Shown here: positions 61,626 to 64,000 of the stretch, piece after piece
How positions within the stretch are numbered: the stretch's first letter is position 1
Layout of the letters: every line of letters begins with the position of its first letter
NCBI GenBank assembly: GCA_963722305.1
Contig: CAVRKE010000002.1
Location: 522,678-586,677, forward strand
Reading direction: 5' to 3'
DNA from: Candidatus Levyibacteriota bacterium
Lineage (GTDB): Bacteria; Patescibacteriota; Microgenomatia; Levybacterales; UBA12049
DNA length: 64,000 bases
Notes under the pieces: generated by a model
What the model was told of the DNA's origin: nothing
Databases searched by the model: none
Seen by the model: only the letters and a program-made list of their open reading frames with translations
Position numbers and translations under genes: made by a program

Positions 61626-64000
61626 ATGAAATTAGACGGAATAAGACAGAAAGTATTTTTAGACAGGTACTCCTTGAAAGATCCGAAAGGCAACCCGCTT
61701 GAAAAAACTCCCGATGAAATGTGGAGAAGAGTGGCCAAAGGAATTGCCCGAGTGGAACGGCCAAAAGACCGCAAAAAATGGGAGAGGAAATTCTATGAAG
61801 CCATGCAGGACTTTAAATTCCTGCCGGGCGGAAGAATTTTGGCCGGTGCCGGCACCGGTTTTGACATCACTTATTACAACTGTTTTGTTATTCCCAATCC
61901 TCCGGATTCCCGCGGCGGGATCATGGCCAACTTAACGCAAATGATTGAAATCATGGCTCACGGCGGCGGAGTAGGGCTGAATCTTTCATCTCTTCGACCC
62001 CGCGGTTCAAGAGTGAAAAAGGTCAACGGTTTCTCCTCAGGTCCGATTAATTGGGCAGAGCTTTATTCGCTGGCTACCAAAGACATTGTCCAGCAGGGTG
62101 GTTCACGACGCGGCGCCTTGATGCTGATGCTTTGGGATTGGCATCCGGATATTGAAGAATTCATTACCGTTAAACAAGACTTAAACAAAATCAACGGTGC
62201 CAATCTGTCGGTTTGCCTGTCCGACGCTTTTATGGAAGCGGTGAAAAAAGATGCCAACTGGGATTTGGTTTATCCGGATTTGGACGACCCAAAGTACGAC
62301 AAAAAATGGAGCGGGGAGTTGGAAGAATGGAAAAAAATCGGCGGGAAAGTAAAAGTCTTAAAAACCATTAAAGCGCGCTATCTCTGGGATTTAATCTGCA
62401 CGGCTGCCTGGAAATCCGCCGAGCCTGGACTGCACTTCTTAGACAGAAGCAACAAGCGCTCAAACACCTGGTATTTCGAGCACTTAATTGCGACCAATCC
62501 TTGTGGAGAACAACCTTTGTCTGCCTGGGGAGTTTGCAATCTTGGGGCCATGAACCTCTCGGCCTACGTTAAAAACAAACAATTTGACTTCGAAGCCTTT
62601 GCCAAAGATGTCAGAGTGGCAGTTAGGTTCCTCGATAACGTCATTGACGATACCAGTTACTTTTATAAAGAAAATGAAAAAGTGGCCAAAGACATTCGTA
62701 GACAAGGCTTGGGAATTTTGGGACTGGCCGACGCTCTCATCAAAATGGAAGTAAAATATGGCGGGGATGAGTCACTTAAAATCATTGACAAAATCTTCAA
62801 AACCTTAAGAGATAACGCTTATATTGCCTCTTCCGATATTGCCGAAGAAAAAGGTTCGTTCCCCAAATACAACAGGGAAAAATATCTGGAAGGTTTCCAT
62901 ATCAAAAGACTGCCGGAAGAAATCAGGAAAAAAATTGCCAAACAGGGAATGCGCAACGCGGTCTTAATGACCATTGCTCCGACCGGTTCCACCTCGCTTT
63001 TGTCCGGTGTCTCATCGGGAATTGAGCCGGTTTATGAGTTCGAATTAATCAGGCGCGACAGACTGGGTGAACATATCATGTACCACCCGCTTTTTGAAGA
63101 ATGGAAAAAAGCCCACCCCAACGATAAAAAACCCGATTATTTTGTTTCGGCCAACGACTTAACACCGGAGGAGCACGTTAAGGTGCAGGCGATTGCCCAG
63201 GATTATATTGATGCTTCGATTTCCAAAACCGTCAACGCTCCGAAAAACCATACCGTTGAGGACGTAAAGAGACTTTATACCATGGCTTATGATGCGGGGC
63301 TTAAAGGTATCACTTATATGCGCGACGGCAGTCGGGCCGGGGTTTTAACCCGCAAAGACGAAGCAAAACCCGAGCTGAAAGCGCAGACTTCATTGCCGGT
63401 TTTACCCAGGCCGATAATGGTTGAGGGGGTCACTTACGGAACAGACACGCCGGTTGGGAAAACCTATATCACGATAAACCATGACGAAAACAAACAACCG
63501 TTTGAAGTATTTATTACGGTTGGAAAATCCGGTTCGGATGTGGCGGCCATGGCCGACGCCTTGGGCCGGATGATTTCTCTAAACCTAAGAATTAACGGGG
63601 CGCTTCCACCAAGGGAAAGGATTAGACAGGTGGTGGCGCAACTGATCGGCATCGGCGGAGCCAGAAGTGTCGGTTTTGGTGAAAATAAAGTCCGTTCGCT
63701 TCCCGATGCCATTGCTAAAGTGTTATCTAAACACTTTGAGTTCAGAGTCAATGGTATGGTCGAGGATAAGAAACCGGAAGCCGTAAGTCAAAACGGCAAC
63801 GGCCACAATGGAAATGTTGCCAACGCTCATCTTGCCAACGGGCATAACCAGCCGATTGCGGCGGATGCCCTACCAAAAGAAGAGATTGTCAAAATAGAGC
63901 AATTGAGCCTGCAGACTCCGTCGGGCTCACTGGCGATGACTGAAGCGACCGCCACCGGGCTGTATGATATTTGTCCGGAATGCGGGGGAGCGAGTCTGGC
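61626..64000 (+). CDS. nrdJ: Class II (adenosylcobalamin-dependent) ribonucleotide reductase, 3'-truncated by window end
   Basis: No stop codon from ATG 61626 to the window end. Translated by eye: MKLDGIRQKVFLDRYSLKDPKGNPLEKTPDEMWRRVAKG… The last residues include the C-terminal zinc-finger motif …CPECGG. The ORF track lacks it because it runs off the window. Confidence 0.8.
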   Translation, partial: MKLDGIRQKVFLDRYSLKDPKGNPLEKTPDEMWRRVAKGIARVERPKDRKKWERKFYEAMQDFKFLPGGRILAGAGTGFDITYYNCFVIPNPPDSRGGIMANLTQMIEIMAHGGGVGLNLSSLRPRGSRVKKVNGFSSGPINWAELYSLATKDIVQQGGSRRGALMLMLWDWHPDIEEFITVKQDLNKINGANLSVCLSDAFMEAVKKDANWDLVYPDLDDPKYDKKWSGELEEWKKIGGKVKVLKTIKARYLWDLICTAAWKSAEPGLHFLDRSNKRSNTWYFEHLIATNPCGEQPLSAWGVCNLGAMNLSAYVKNKQFDFEAFAKDVRVAVRFLDNVIDDTSYFYKENEKVAKDIRRQGLGILGLADALIKMEVKYGGDESLKIIDKIFKTLRDNAYIASSDIAEEKGSFPKYNREKYLEGFHIKRLPEEIRKKIAKQGMRNAVLMTIAPTGSTSLLSGVSSGIEPVYEFELIRRDRLGEHIMYHPLFEEWKKAHPNDKKPDYFVSANDLTPEEHVKVQAIAQDYIDASISKTVNAPKNHTVEDVKRLYTMAYDAGLKGITYMRDGSRAGVLTRKDEAKPELKAQTSLPVLPRPIMVEGVTYGTDTPVGKTYITINHDENKQPFEVFITVGKSGSDVAAMADALGRMISLNLRINGALPPRERIRQVVAQLIGIGGARSVGFGENKVRSLPDAIAKVLSKHFEFRVNGMVEDKKPEAVSQNGNGHNGNVANAHLANGHNQPIAADALPKEEIVKIEQLSLQTPSGSLAMTEATATGLYDICPECGGASL

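Noticed and set aside
61699-61935. 78-aa + ORF and minus ORFs 62063..62257, 62484..62705, 63464..63751
   Set aside because: They lie in other frames or antisense within the nrdJ gene, which reads through in frame 61626→64000 with clear RNR homology.
1-64000. CRISPR arrays, rRNA genes, prophage structural genes, toxin–antitoxin pairs
   Set aside because: No regularly spaced direct repeats, rRNA-like conserved blocks, or capsid/terminase-like ORFs were seen. The only tandem repeat is the in-frame 168-bp duplication inside a CDS.

Overview
Read by eye from the sequence and the supplied ORF track, this 64-kb window looks like part of a small, AT-moderate bacterial genome with dense coding and short proteins. 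The overall picture is consistent with a Patescibacteria/CPR-type organism, but that is inference and not proven. The first ~18 kb is an accessory-looking island on which the rest of the hunt centres. It carries four VirB2/TrbC-like pilin paralogs, one of them fused to a ~380-aa cysteine-rich ectodomain, and two paralogous VirB6/TrbL-like polytopic membrane proteins, one of which contains a recent 168-bp in-frame tandem duplication. It also holds giant and mid-size Ala/Glu-rich tail-anchored proteins, a ClpC-like AAA+ chaperone, and an ATPase-like protein with a C-terminal OmpR-type winged helix flanked by two four-helix-bundle ('23S rRNA IVS protein' family) genes. An IS110-family transposase sits at one edge of the island. 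I read it as a candidate type-IV-secretion-like or pilus-based cell-surface system. The remainder is mostly housekeeping. It includes NUDIX, an ABC exporter, an S53/S8-like peptidase, four tRNA-Ser isoacceptors plus a tRNA-Arg with an unusual GCG anticodon, and a P1B-like ATPase. A pyrC–pyrD–pyrF–pyrE cluster, a ComF homolog, HAD and histidine-phosphatase enzymes, and a FabH/KAS-III-like thiolase-fold protein follow. A hidden smpB–tmRNA pair is present, with the tag reading frame ending ALALAA*. Cell-wall genes follow: SpoIID, LytR_C, two tandem class A PBPs and a CvpA–CAP fusion. The window ends with rpiB/rpe, pgk and gap, an IS481-like transposase, and nrdR plus a 3'-truncated class II (B12) ribonucleotide reductase. 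pgk and gap are split by an apparently inserted TrpR/YerC-like cassette, which carries a perfect 24-bp palindrome and a recoded duplicate of the pgk 3' end, together with a SemiSWEET gene. A short AT-rich motif (AATTTCTAAT and its reverse complement) recurs in several intergenic regions. All calls rest on motif-level reading of the translated ORFs; no database searches were run.
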